The notes below the pieces were generated by a model. The model did not search any database. It saw nothing but the letters and a program-made list of their open reading frames with translations, and was not told where the DNA came from. Made by a program: the position numbers and the translations under genes. From positions 29,778 through 93,777 of the IMG/VR virus record IMGVR_UViG_3300028569_000021: a stretch of 64,000 nucleotides of DNA; one strand, 5' to 3'. Within the stretch, counting starts at the first letter, position 1; every line of letters begins with the position of its first letter. Source of the DNA: a virus. Shown here piece by piece: positions 48,964-58,927 of this stretch.

Positions 48964-49894
48964 TTACTTTAGGTGATTTAACTCTCTTCTTATAAACAGC
49001 CAATACTCTGATACCAGGTAAGTCAGTATCGAGGTTACGTCTAGAATCGTTTCTTATTAAAATATAGACTTGTTTTTCATCTGTAATGTCATTCAAGTTT
49101 TCAATAATACTAGAACAGTTGACAGTTAAAGTATTTGTAGCGTCATCAAATTCAAAGTCAGAGTCTTTAAAGGTTTTTGTTATAATAGCGCTATCTCCTT
49201 CTTTTAGATCATTCCCAAAAATAAATTTCTGACTTTCTTCTGGTGTGGCTTTTTTAGCAATGCTAGCAGAAAGTTTAAAGTGTCCTTGTTTTTTTATTAA
49301 CTTAACTTTATCCTTGGCTATTAAGTCCTTTATTATTTTACCAGCTTCTTTTAAATGAGTCTTGTCTGCAGAGCTCCAGTGTTCAGCACTATCCTCTTTA
49401 ATAGATATCTTATATTTTTTATTTCCTTTAAGAACAACATCAGCCTTATCTCCTTTTTTTGATGTGCGACCTGTTTCTATCGCTTCCTTTACGTTTTCAC
49501 ATTTAAATTCTTTTTTATTGCTTTTAAATATAATGGTTATATTTTCTTGCATTTGATTTATATACTGATTAATTGTCTCTAGTAACTTAAGCTCATTGCT
49601 TACTCCGGCGGAGCTACTACCTTGTTTTGATTTAGGTTTAACAATAATTTTATAATTAGGACTTATCTCTATATGTCCCATAGATGAATGATTGGTAGCG
49701 TCAGATTTGATAGGATTAAATTCAGCTAAACTATCAAGAAGCCTATCCATTACCTCTTGTCTATTATCGTCAGTTAATACAGCTATCTTGATTAGAGAAA
49801 TAACTTTTAAATCATTATATCCTATTTGTCTTAAGGTATCTTCAAGATTAACAATCTGCTGTTCTAAAATTAAAAACTTAGTAAAAGATACCAT
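48950..49894 (-). CDS. late protein, possible PD-(D/E)xK nuclease fold
   Basis: NE...KADVVL...ISIK pattern; MVSFTKFLILE leader; TATAAATA-N6-ATG. Confidence 0.5.
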   Translation of the reverse strand: MVSFTKFLILEQQIVNLEDTLRQIGYNDLKVISLIKIAVLTDDNRQEVMDRLLDSLAEFNPIKSDATNHSSMGHIEISPNYKIIVKPKSKQGSSSAGVSNELKLLETINQYINQMQENITIIFKSNKKEFKCENVKEAIETGRTSKKGDKADVVLKGNKKYKISIKEDSAEHWSSADKTHLKEAGKIIKDLIAKDKVKLIKKQGHFKLSASIAKKATPEESQKFIFGNDLKEGDSAIITKTFKDSDFEFDDATNTLTVNCSSIIENLNDITDEKQVYILIRNDSRRNLDTDLPGIRVLAVYKKRVKSPKVIKVS

Positions 49895-49903
49895 ATTTAT
49901 TAT

Positions 49904-51529
49904 TTATAATTCATCAAGCAAGTCATCAAAGGTAGATACTACGCTTTTATCCATATCTTGTGTATATATTTCTTTTTGCTTATATTTTTTAATAGCATCC
50001 ATAGTGATATTATCATCAGATGGTAAAACATATTGTTTAGCATTTGGTAACCCCTTTAAAGATTTTACCGGGTTATCTGTAAAAGAAAAATAATTACCTG
50101 CATCTTTTAAAGATCCTTCAAAATTTTCTAAATTATTATAACTAACGTTTACGTGATCTTTTACCTTTTCCGGAAAATTATTTAAGCTTGTTAAATCTAA
50201 AAATCTTAACTCTAATATATCCATCTCTTTAGGTAAACCTACAACACTATTGACATGTACGTTATAAATTTCTAAAGATCTTAATTTTGGAGGTAAGAAT
50301 GTTAAATCTTGAATTACTCTTTTTGATTTACTAGCAGCCGTGTGTTGAATAGTCCAATTTGAGTCTTTCTTAGGTTGAATACATAAATAGTGTACCGTGT
50401 CCGGAATGTTAATATTAGTAATAATAGAATTATAACTATTATTTAAATGATATTTATATTTAGCGCTAGGATGGGAAAAATCGCAGTCTTTAAACCATTT
50501 TTCGTTAATATCGCTTACGTTGACCTCGTTATGTGCATATTTAAAGTTATTCTTTATTTCTATGCTTGGGTTAATAATCTTAAACAACTTTTCTGGGGTA
50601 GGGTTGTTTATTATATCAATTATTTCACTTGTATATTTAATAATAGAAGCTTCTGATAAATTTTTAGGTGTTAGGGTTAAGAACTTGGGAGTAAAAACTG
50701 CACCTAAAGTATTAGCTGTATCATCATAATTTATTATTCCTGTAACTTCTTCATACATATAATTTTTGTATGGAAAATAGATTGCATAAGGAGAAACGGC
50801 ATTATTATAAAATAGACTGTTTTGTAAATTACTAGGCTTAAAAGCTTCTGTGTAAGTTAAATTTTTAAGTTTTTTAGTTATAGAGTTATTAAATCTTACA
50901 ATTATATAATTAGTTTTTATTAAATTAATTACTTCTGGGTCCTGTTGGTCTAATAAATCTGGTATATGACTTATTTTTAACCCGACCATATTTGGTGTCA
51001 TATCCTTAATAGGTTTTACTGCTAAGACGGTTGTTGTTACTTTACCATCTTTTGTAAAGAGTTGTAATGGTGTAGGTAACCAATTAAAACCGAGTGGTGA
51101 ATCGCAGAAGACATCTACAATCCTTTTTTCCATTCTTTCATTATTTTGTAGAGGTCCATCGTACGAGTCCTTGCTTCCTGGTTTTACTAAATCAGCCGCA
51201 TTAATAGTAAGGTTAGGATCTTTACTATATTTTTCTGCTACTTTAACATCTTTAAAGGGCCCATAAAGAAAGTGACCATGAATACCGTGTATACTTTTAT
51301 CAGAAAAGAACTCTACAGCAAACTTGGAATAAGATCCAGGTATATTCTTATACGCAACTACTCTACCGATTTGGTTTATGTAAGGTAGAGTTTTTTTAGG
51401 TTGATATACGAGCCATTTACCGTTATCTCTTACAACTACAATATCGTCTATTTGAAATTTTGCGCGCAGAGGTGAGTCATAAAAATCTTTATAAACAGAT
51501 TCAATAAAAAAATCTTTAAATATTTGCAT
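49904..51529 (-). CDS. large leader-bearing protein with degenerate LRR-like C-terminal region and the conserved C-terminal tag
   Basis: MQIFKDFFIE leader; LTSLNNFP/VKSLKGLP repeats; ends VVSTFDDLLDEL. Confidence 0.7.
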   Translation of the reverse strand: MQIFKDFFIESVYKDFYDSPLRAKFQIDDIVVVRDNGKWLVYQPKKTLPYINQIGRVVAYKNIPGSYSKFAVEFFSDKSIHGIHGHFLYGPFKDVKVAEKYSKDPNLTINAADLVKPGSKDSYDGPLQNNERMEKRIVDVFCDSPLGFNWLPTPLQLFTKDGKVTTTVLAVKPIKDMTPNMVGLKISHIPDLLDQQDPEVINLIKTNYIIVRFNNSITKKLKNLTYTEAFKPSNLQNSLFYNNAVSPYAIYFPYKNYMYEEVTGIINYDDTANTLGAVFTPKFLTLTPKNLSEASIIKYTSEIIDIINNPTPEKLFKIINPSIEIKNNFKYAHNEVNVSDINEKWFKDCDFSHPSAKYKYHLNNSYNSIITNINIPDTVHYLCIQPKKDSNWTIQHTAASKSKRVIQDLTFLPPKLRSLEIYNVHVNSVVGLPKEMDILELRFLDLTSLNNFPEKVKDHVNVSYNNLENFEGSLKDAGNYFSFTDNPVKSLKGLPNAKQYVLPSDDNITMDAIKKYKQKEIYTQDMDKSVVSTFDDLLDEL

Positions 51530-51556
51530 GTTTGATAAGTATTTAAGTAATTAATT

Positions 51557-53050
51557 ATGTATTTAAAGCAAGAAGAGTCAAATATTTTTTCACGCTATGT
51601 CTCGTTATTAAAAGAACAGAATGCAGCTCCACCTGCTGATGAATCTAATAAACTAGAGGACCCAGAATATTTTAGAATGTTTGAGAATAGATTATTGGCT
51701 AGTATCAATCATCTTTATAAAAATCATAGATTTTATGGCATAACATTGAGAAAGTTAAAGACAGTACCGACTTTAACTGTGCCTACCATGGCTGTAGATG
51801 ATTATAATAATATATTCATTAACCCTAATTTCCTTATAGATGAGTTATCTATAGAAGAAGCGGCAGGTGTATTGGCTCATGAATGCTTGCATATAATAGG
51901 TAAGCATCTGTTTAGACTTGGTAATAGAGATATGTCCTTATGGAACTGGGCTACTGATTTTATTATTAATATGAACTGCTTGCAGGATGGAATGGCTCTT
52001 CCTAAGTTAGGTCTCATACCTCAACAAGACCCTAGTGGTAGGTGGCACGCTAAGGTAAAGGGTAAGAAGGGTGATCTAGATATTGATATTACAGATTTAA
52101 TTCCAGAAGAACTTTACGATATATTAAATGCTAATGCTGAAAAGATAGACCAAAATGGTATGAATCAACAGCAACAGGAGATGGACGAACATATTAATGA
52201 TCAAACAGGAAGACCTCAAATACCTAACAATGCAAGTGATAACGATAGCTATAAAGCAGATGGTCCTAGTGGTGGAGGTAAGTCTAAATCGGCCGGTGAA
52301 AAAGAAGCCCAAGCAGAAGATATAAAAAAGAAATCAATAGGAGAAACTAAAAAGGATCAAAGTAGAGGAATGGGTGGAAGTTTACCTAGAATGATTTCTA
52401 AAGAAGAAGAGACTCCTAGAGTTAATTGGAGACAAATTTTAAAAAGATATTTAAAGGTAAGTGCCTCATCTTATGAAACTTACATGAGACCTAGTAGAAG
52501 AGGTTTAGCGAGAGGAATAATTCAAAAAGGAGAAAGAAGTATTCCTGATAAAGTTGATGTAGTAGTGGCTTGTGATACTAGTGGCTCTATAACTCCTGAA
52601 ATTTTGAATCTTTATACAACAGAAATTATGTCAATTTCTAAAGCGTATAAAAGCGTTTCTATTCTTTTAATTCTATGGACAACAGAAGTTTATTTTGCTG
52701 CAAAAATAGAAAAAGGTACTATAGAACCTATCTATTCTGCTGTAGCGGGTAAAAAAGAAAATATAAATAATAAAACAATAACAATTGCTAATATACCCTA
52801 TAAAGGAGGTGGTACAATATTATCTAGCGTTCATAAGTGGTTTAATGACAACCGTGCGATTGCGGTAACTAAAGCAAAATTATTAATAGTATTTACTGAC
52901 GGTCATGTTGAAGACCAACCTGTATTTCCTAAGCAATTTAATAAGAGGAATACAATTTTTATGGTTAATGATCCTCAATCTGGTGGTATAGATGATATAG
53001 TTAAAAAATATGGTACTGCCATTTATGTAAAAGTTGGTAAATACACATAA
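51557..53050 (+). CDS. DUF2201-type zincin metallopeptidase + VWA domain protein
   Basis: PTMAVD, LAHECLH (HExxH), WNWATD..IN; MIDAS DTSGS, GGGT, FTDG. Confidence 0.88.
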   Translation: MYLKQEESNIFSRYVSLLKEQNAAPPADESNKLEDPEYFRMFENRLLASINHLYKNHRFYGITLRKLKTVPTLTVPTMAVDDYNNIFINPNFLIDELSIEEAAGVLAHECLHIIGKHLFRLGNRDMSLWNWATDFIINMNCLQDGMALPKLGLIPQQDPSGRWHAKVKGKKGDLDIDITDLIPEELYDILNANAEKIDQNGMNQQQQEMDEHINDQTGRPQIPNNASDNDSYKADGPSGGGKSKSAGEKEAQAEDIKKKSIGETKKDQSRGMGGSLPRMISKEEETPRVNWRQILKRYLKVSASSYETYMRPSRRGLARGIIQKGERSIPDKVDVVVACDTSGSITPEILNLYTTEIMSISKAYKSVSILLILWTTEVYFAAKIEKGTIEPIYSAVAGKKENINNKTITIANIPYKGGGTILSSVHKWFNDNRAIAVTKAKLLIVFTDGHVEDQPVFPKQFNKRNTIFMVNDPQSGGIDDIVKKYGTAIYVKVGKYT

Positions 53051-53059
53051 ATAAAAAGT

Positions 53060-54682
53060 ATGAAGTTTTTTAACTCTAGTAAAGATGATTTGTTTGATGC
53101 CTATAAGAGTGTTTATATAAAAGAAGCTGTTAACCCTAAGCCAGCACTGCAAAGTGTTCAACCAAAAAAGAAAGCTCCTGCAGTTATAGCGCCTGCACCA
53201 GTTCCTTTCTCTGGTGGTAAAGTAGGTAAACCAGCACAGCAACCTCAAGCTGCAGATGAGATACCATCTGATCCAACACCTGATATAGAAGCAGAAGATA
53301 TTATTAATAAAGCTGCTCCTATGGTTAATGCTATTAATCAAGGTGAAGATTTAGACCTAGAAGACATTTTAAATCAAACAGGTGGCGTTGATGACGTCAA
53401 TTTACCTACTTACAAAGATACAGATTTACCTGAATGGGACTATGAAGATGTAGAACCATTAGTACAAAGATCTTACGACCTTAAAGAACCAATTTTGATA
53501 TATGGTTCTGCTGGTATTGGTAAATCTACTATAATTGAAGATTTTGGTAGAGACATTGCTGCTGCTTCTACAGGTAGAATTTATAAGAACTGGGATGATA
53601 CATCATATCAGGAAAAAGAAGAGATGATGTATCATCCAGAAAAGTACTTTGGAATGGTTAAGATTCTGCCTAACAAGTATACTCCAGAAGATATTCTCGG
53701 TGTACCTAAAGTAATGAATCAAAAAGAATGGCTTGTTACAGATAAATTTATGTGGATTGAATATTTGTCGCGTCCAGGTGCTGCTGGTATTCTATTCCTT
53801 GACGAGCTCAATACTGCTTCAGCGAGAATGCTTTATAGTTTATATGAAGTGGTTCTAGATAAAGCAGCTGCGGGTACGAAATTTGCTCCTGATGTTGCAA
53901 TTATGGCTGCAGGTAACTTAGAAAACGAGCTTAACCCAAACTTAGAGCCACTACCCCAACCTTTAGTAGATAGATTTACAAGCGGTGTGTTAGTAGCTGA
54001 CGTTGACAAATGGGTTGAGTTAGCTAAAAAATGGAAAGTTGATAGAAGAATATTGACGTTTGTTCTTTCTAATCCTAAAGATAATTTTTATGCTGAGCCA
54101 ATTACCGGTGGTGGTGGATCTCCAACACCTAGATCATTAGTGAAGTTTTCTAATATGCTTAAGCATATATATAAAGATTATAGTGATAAGATTAAATCAG
54201 GTGCACTTATTAAGAAACCTATTCTCAGACAAATTGGTAAAGCAGCTGCAGGTAAACTGGGTACTAAATGGGCTAAAAACTTTGTTGAATTTTTAGCTTA
54301 TAGTAGATCATTTAATTTTGCAGACCTCATTAAGGACGCAGCAAATCTTAATAAGAGAAAGAAAGCCGAGATTAGCGCCTTACAATTGTATTTGCTAGGT
54401 AGAGCAGAATGGGCCACAAAACAATTAATAGGCGTCCCGCAAGAAGCCATTAACGATCCTAATGTTAAGGAAGTTATGGAAGGTATTCTTACTGTCTCAA
54501 ATGCTCTTGACAATAATTGGAATATTAACTTATGGGTAATGTTCAAGAAGGATATGGCACCTGAACTGTTTAAATCATTAATGGTATATACTGTTCAAGG
54601 CGATTATAACCCTACAGTGAAAGCTGCAATGGTTGTAAAGATGAAGAAAATTGGTAAAATCTTAAAAGGAGAAACAGAATGA
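53060..54682 (+). CDS. MoxR-like AAA+ ATPase with long N-terminal extension
   Basis: GSAGIGKS, DILGVP, ILFLDELN, AAGN, PLVDRF, PTPRS; adjacent to the VWA partner. Confidence 0.9.
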   Translation: MKFFNSSKDDLFDAYKSVYIKEAVNPKPALQSVQPKKKAPAVIAPAPVPFSGGKVGKPAQQPQAADEIPSDPTPDIEAEDIINKAAPMVNAINQGEDLDLEDILNQTGGVDDVNLPTYKDTDLPEWDYEDVEPLVQRSYDLKEPILIYGSAGIGKSTIIEDFGRDIAAASTGRIYKNWDDTSYQEKEEMMYHPEKYFGMVKILPNKYTPEDILGVPKVMNQKEWLVTDKFMWIEYLSRPGAAGILFLDELNTASARMLYSLYEVVLDKAAAGTKFAPDVAIMAAGNLENELNPNLEPLPQPLVDRFTSGVLVADVDKWVELAKKWKVDRRILTFVLSNPKDNFYAEPITGGGGSPTPRSLVKFSNMLKHIYKDYSDKIKSGALIKKPILRQIGKAAAGKLGTKWAKNFVEFLAYSRSFNFADLIKDAANLNKRKKAEISALQLYLLGRAEWATKQLIGVPQEAINDPNVKEVMEGILTVSNALDNNWNINLWVMFKKDMAPELFKSLMVYTVQGDYNPTVKAAMVVKMKKIGKILKGETE

Positions 54683-55173
54683 CAAAACAAATTAAAGAAG
54701 CAAAGAAATTAGCAGCAGATTATTTTTATAGAAAAAGAAAGTTAACAGAAAAGGAAAGATTCCTTGTAGAGAGCTCTCCCTTTGGATATGTTCTTAAACC
54801 TGCTGAAACTGCTACAAAATTTAATAAAATTTTAGAACAGTATGGTATGGACAATGGTGTAATTGATCTTATGGATGTACCGGAAGGTCTTCCTAGAAGA
54901 AAGCCAAACTATACACCCTGGATTAAAAAGCATTACGTTAAAGAATTGCTTGATCAAATTGAAGAAAAATTTAACGTTGGTATGTATAATGTAGGGGTGG
55001 GTAAATATAAAAATATCGATTGTGATATTTTAAAGCAATTTATACATAATTTTGTTGTAAGAAATAGAATACAAAGCGGTAGCCAAGATACAGCAGAAGA
55101 GCTTTTAGACATTGCTAATAACTGCGGTGACGTTTACAAAGTAATGTATAAGCTTTATTTTCTAGCAAAATAA
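54679..55173 (+). CDS. hypothetical protein coupled to the AAA+ gene
   Basis: ATGA overlap. Confidence 0.65.
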   Translation: MTKQIKEAKKLAADYFYRKRKLTEKERFLVESSPFGYVLKPAETATKFNKILEQYGMDNGVIDLMDVPEGLPRRKPNYTPWIKKHYVKELLDQIEEKFNVGMYNVGVGKYKNIDCDILKQFIHNFVVRNRIQSGSQDTAEELLDIANNCGDVYKVMYKLYFLAK

Positions 55174-55179
55174 AGCAAA

Positions 55180-55707
55180 ATGCGAGAGCTGATAGATAAG
55201 TTAGTAAGTGATATTGTTTTAAATAAAAAAGAACAATCTTTTGTTAAGACTATGGCTTCAAGTCTTGTTAAAACAAAGCTTTTAAATAATAGTCATTTTT
55301 ATGAAACTTTGTTTTTAATTAAAAGATTCTTTAATGCACCTAAAGTTGGTATTAGAGTTGTAGATGACCTACAGTGGGTAAGAATGGGCCCTGAGTGTAA
55401 GTCAATATTTGAAAAATATAATTATAAGTATCATTATCGTTATGATGGAGAGTCAATGGAAGACATATTTGCCATATTTAAAAAGTTTTGTATTAACCAT
55501 GGAGCAGATATAAAAGCAGGTATAAGTCCTGAAAACGATAAAAAATTACAAATTCCTTTACAGATGGCAGAAGAGCTTTTTAATCTTGCTTTTAGAGAGA
55601 CTCTTGCTAGACACAAAAATGATCCTACAATTAAAGAATACTTAATAATGAGAGATATACCTGAAGATGTGGATGATGTTTTCGGGGATTTAACTTCTGC
55701 GTTATAA
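55180..55707 (+). CDS. hypothetical protein with C-terminal tag
   Basis: Ends EDVDDVFGDLTSAL. Confidence 0.7.
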   Translation: MRELIDKLVSDIVLNKKEQSFVKTMASSLVKTKLLNNSHFYETLFLIKRFFNAPKVGIRVVDDLQWVRMGPECKSIFEKYNYKYHYRYDGESMEDIFAIFKKFCINHGADIKAGISPENDKKLQIPLQMAEELFNLAFRETLARHKNDPTIKEYLIMRDIPEDVDDVFGDLTSAL

Positions 55708-55839
55708 TTTTTTTTCTTTTTTAACTTCTTTTATTAATGTAGTACATTCTAATAAAAGTCTATCTAGCTCCATACATTCCTCAAATGTTGGTTCTTCTAT
55801 TAACATTAACTCATCTATTTTTTTAATCTTTTCTTCCAT
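55702..55839 (-). CDS. 45-aa hypothetical protein missing from the ORF track
   Basis: Hand translation MEEKIKKIDELMLIEEP...; fills the gap. Confidence 0.4.
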   Translation of the reverse strand: MEEKIKKIDELMLIEEPTFEECMELDRLLLECTTLIKEVKKEKKL

Positions 55840-56110
55840 TGTCTTTATTCCTATACCAAAAATATAAAAGAACTCCAGATGTAATAATACCTGTAACGTA
55901 ATTCATGACCCACCACAAACCAAATACGTTATGGTACATATAAAGTAAACCAAATATATATCCAGACATAGATAGTATAATCATCAGTGGAGACAAATCA
56001 GAAGAGCTTTTAGTTTTAATAATCTTTATAATTTGAGGTAAAAAGCATGACATAAATGATAGAGTCATTAATATTCCGCACACCTCTCTTAGTATATCTT
56101 TTGTTGTCAT
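55823..56110 (-). CDS. PQ-loop/SemiSWEET-like membrane protein
   Basis: FLPQIIKIIKTKSSSDLS; three TM helices in 95 aa. Confidence 0.8.
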   Translation of the reverse strand: MTTKDILREVCGILMTLSFMSCFLPQIIKIIKTKSSSDLSPLMIILSMSGYIFGLLYMYHNVFGLWWVMNYVTGIITSGVLLYFWYRNKDNGRKD

Positions 56111-56370
56111 CCGTTAATAAGTTGAGTGTTTGTTGTCAATTTAAGATATCCATCAACAAGAGAAGTGTTGTTATATATTTGAGATTCCTTTTCTACTACT
56201 CCTATATACTTATTATAGGGCAACCTAAAGCCGCAACAAAGAAGAAAATTTTCAAAACCTCTGCACATTTCTTCTATATTACCACAATCTGTATTGATTG
56301 TATAATTAATCTTTGAGTCTGTACCGTGAGTAGTTTTATAACTAAAAGTTATAGTAGTAAGCTTTTCCAT
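56107..56370 (-). CDS. hypothetical protein
   Basis: TTGATT-N16-TATAAT-N6-ATG fixes the start; FENFLLCCGF motif. Confidence 0.65.
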   Translation of the reverse strand: MEKLTTITFSYKTTHGTDSKINYTINTDCGNIEEMCRGFENFLLCCGFRLPYNKYIGVVEKESQIYNNTSLVDGYLKLTTNTQLING

Positions 56371-56411
56371 AACTATATTATACAATACCTAAACAACTAA
56401 TCAAGATATAA

Positions 56412-56936
56412 TTAAAGTTCATTTAAGATATCTCTAAATGTATTAGAAACTTCTTTATCTGCTTTATCTAGACCATAAACTTCATTCTCTCTATATTTTT
56501 TATAAGCAATAACATCTTTCTCCACTACATGACCTGGTGTAAAATAATATACAGTATCTAGAAGTACTTTTTGTATTTTAAGTTTTACTTTTTTAATAGC
56601 ATTTTCTTCGTTTTCTTCATCAATATTTTGCTGATTTGATAACTCATCATTTAGGATACTATTAATTGTATAATTAAGAGAGCGTACATGTGTAAAGATA
56701 TTAACAAATGTATCTAGCATCTTACCTCTACCGTGTAAAACAGGTTTAAGTATTTCGACAACAAGACGAATAATAACTAAATTAATTTCTTGCAATAGTC
56801 TTGGCCTATCATTATTCATTTTATTATATATTACTATACATTCTTTTGCAGATTTTGTTATTATGTCATCCTCTCTTTGGGTGAGAGTCTCTCTAATATT
56901 ATTCTCTAATAAGTACCTGACCTTCTGATAAAACAT
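56412..56936 (-). CDS. leader- and C-tag-bearing hypothetical protein
   Basis: MFYQKVRYLLE leader; ends EVSNTFRDILNEL; TAAATA-N6-ATG. Confidence 0.75.
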   Translation of the reverse strand: MFYQKVRYLLENNIRETLTQREDDIITKSAKECIVIYNKMNNDRPRLLQEINLVIIRLVVEILKPVLHGRGKMLDTFVNIFTHVRSLNYTINSILNDELSNQQNIDEENEENAIKKVKLKIQKVLLDTVYYFTPGHVVEKDVIAYKKYRENEVYGLDKADKEVSNTFRDILNEL

Positions 56937-56947
56937 TAAAAGTATTT

Positions 56948-56968
56948 AATAGCTGTAAGCCACTCGTC
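56948..56968 (+). repeat. 21-nt direct repeat, left copy
   Basis: AATAGCTGTAAGCCACTCGTC; matches 59517-59537 at 20/21. Confidence 0.8.
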
Positions 56969-57015
56969 AGCTGTTTTTTTAACATAAATAAATTAAAAGA
57001 ATAAAGATGTTCTAA

Positions 57016-57078
57016 TGTATTGTTTGGCGTGATCAAAAAGCATCAGATACCTTTGGAGATTTGTATAATGAATTATGA
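57016..57078 (+). pseudogene. orphan 3' remnant encoding only the C-terminal tag
   Basis: ...WRDQKASDTFGDLYNEL* after an in-frame stop; TGA overlaps the ATG at 57075. Confidence 0.65.
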
Positions 57079-57515
57079 TAAAGAGAAGCTTTAAAAAATA
57101 CATGACAGAAAACGGACCGGAAGTTATAGAAAAGAATTTCTATATTGAAGGTGAGGAAGATCCTACCTTGCAATATATTATAAGAGTACCTCTAAAAGTA
57201 AAAGAAGATGGACAGATAGAAGTTTTAGATAACCTGCGCAGGAGGACGGAAATTTTTTATCTCAAAACAACAAAGGATGTAAAGAGTACGAAAGATACAA
57301 GTTATAAGACTGTATATAATATAGGATATTTAAATTATACATTTAAAAAAGGCATTTCGATAGGACAAAACTATGATAGGTATAATCTAAGGCCTGTAAT
57401 AGACTTTTTCTTTAAACTTGCGCCTACAGCTGTGAGAGAGTATAATACAGATATTATATTTGCTTCAGAAAAAGAAACACAAGATATTTTTGGAGATTTA
57501 TTTAACGAAGTATGA
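57075..57515 (+). CDS. array member 1, leader + variable core + C-tag
   Basis: MIKRSFKKYMTE; ends ETQDIFGDLFNEV. Confidence 0.75.
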   Translation: MIKRSFKKYMTENGPEVIEKNFYIEGEEDPTLQYIIRVPLKVKEDGQIEVLDNLRRRTEIFYLKTTKDVKSTKDTSYKTVYNIGYLNYTFKKGISIGQNYDRYNLRPVIDFFFKLAPTAVREYNTDIIFASEKETQDIFGDLFNEV

Positions 57516-57982
57516 AACCGTTTAAAACATTTATATTGGAAAATAAAAAAACTAGCTCTCTTGAGATAATGAGCAAGAATTTTTATGTCGGTGATGATGA
57601 ACCTAATCTTCAATACCATATCGAATTAAGCTCTATTCATAATTTTGTAATATATGTACCTCTGATAGTTAATGATAAAGAAAATATATCTGTTAAGACG
57701 AGCCTTAGTAATAGTATCGATTTTTGGTATAGGTTGCCAAGTCAACAGGGACCTAATGATGCATTAAGATGGAAAATATATGCTCGTGGTAAAAAAGATC
57801 TTAAAAGCCTTATATATTATACAAATAGTGGGGTAACATTAAATAAAAAAGAGAAGGAAATATTATCTAATTTTTATAAAGATATAATTGATGGTAATAT
57901 TAAAGAGTATAATGATAAGATTAACTTTGGAGATGATGAGGATGTAAAAAATACGTTTGGAGATATTTACAATGAACTTTGA
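57512..57982 (+). CDS. array member 2; N-terminal core related to member 1
   Basis: MKPFKTFILE; KNFYVGDDEPNLQY versus KNFYIEGEEDPTLQY; ends DVKNTFGDIYNEL. Confidence 0.75.
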   Translation: MKPFKTFILENKKTSSLEIMSKNFYVGDDEPNLQYHIELSSIHNFVIYVPLIVNDKENISVKTSLSNSIDFWYRLPSQQGPNDALRWKIYARGKKDLKSLIYYTNSGVTLNKKEKEILSNFYKDIIDGNIKEYNDKINFGDDEDVKNTFGDIYNEL

Positions 57983-58439
57983 TAAATTAATAGATATAAT
58001 ATTAGAAAATAATAGAGGTTATGTAATAATAAATAAAGAGTTAATTGCTAACAATTGGGATAAATATGACGATCCTCAAATTAGATTTGAGCTAGAGATA
58101 GATGGAGTATACCACGAGTGTTATTTTCCTTTAGATTATAAAGATGTAAAGTTTAATACCTTAAAAGTAGAAACAAAAAAGTGGGATTTTGCGTTATGGC
58201 GAAAAGATAAAATAACTAAAAAAGTTAACTTGATAGGTAGTATCGTTAAGCCATCAGAGGATAAAGAAGAGATGATGCTTAAATTAGCTAAAAGTAAACT
58301 TGATAAAAAGCACAAAGAAATAATGGCAGATTTATTAGATATAGCGTTTCAAATGCTGGAAGACCATAATAACGAGCAAATGACAAATGGTAAAAGTGAA
58401 GTATATGATGTGTTTAAGGATACATTTGATGAATTATAA
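57972..58439 (+). CDS. array member 3
   Basis: MNFDKLIDIILE; ends EVYDVFKDTFDEL. Confidence 0.75.
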   Translation: MNFDKLIDIILENNRGYVIINKELIANNWDKYDDPQIRFELEIDGVYHECYFPLDYKDVKFNTLKVETKKWDFALWRKDKITKKVNLIGSIVKPSEDKEEMMLKLAKSKLDKKHKEIMADLLDIAFQMLEDHNNEQMTNGKSEVYDVFKDTFDEL

Positions 58440-58441
58440 TT

Positions 58442-58927
58442 ATGTTTTATAAAAAAATAAATAGTATATTAGAGGAAGCTGCTACAAGGCCTCCTTTTGA
58501 AATGTTATTGGAAGGTAAGACGGTACAGGAGAACTATACAGCTATATCACCATTAGATTACTCTGATGTGGTAATAAGAGTAAGACACGGTGATGAGCGT
58601 AAATTAATGTTCTTTGAAAGATATAAAGTCACCAGCGATAAGAAGGAAAACTTAAAGTATATTAAAGATGAGTTAGTACCTAAGTTACCAGAAGGTGTTG
58701 ATGCACAGTGGGAAAAACATTACTTAGTTTACGGAATGGAAATAATGGTCAGGTATAGTGTATACAATGATGATGGGTTTTATCAAAGATGTGTATATAT
58801 AGTAAAGTATCCTAAGACTTGGAGTTCAGAATTATGGAAGGATGACCTCTTTGAAGCTTACTTGAAACCTACAAACTTAACAGGTGATGTTAAGGATGTA
58901 TTTGGAGATGTATATGGTGAACTTTAA
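58442..58927 (+). CDS. array member 4
   Basis: MFYKKINSILEE; ends DVKDVFGDVYGEL. Confidence 0.75.
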   Translation: MFYKKINSILEEAATRPPFEMLLEGKTVQENYTAISPLDYSDVVIRVRHGDERKLMFFERYKVTSDKKENLKYIKDELVPKLPEGVDAQWEKHYLVYGMEIMVRYSVYNDDGFYQRCVYIVKYPKTWSSELWKDDLFEAYLKPTNLTGDVKDVFGDVYGEL

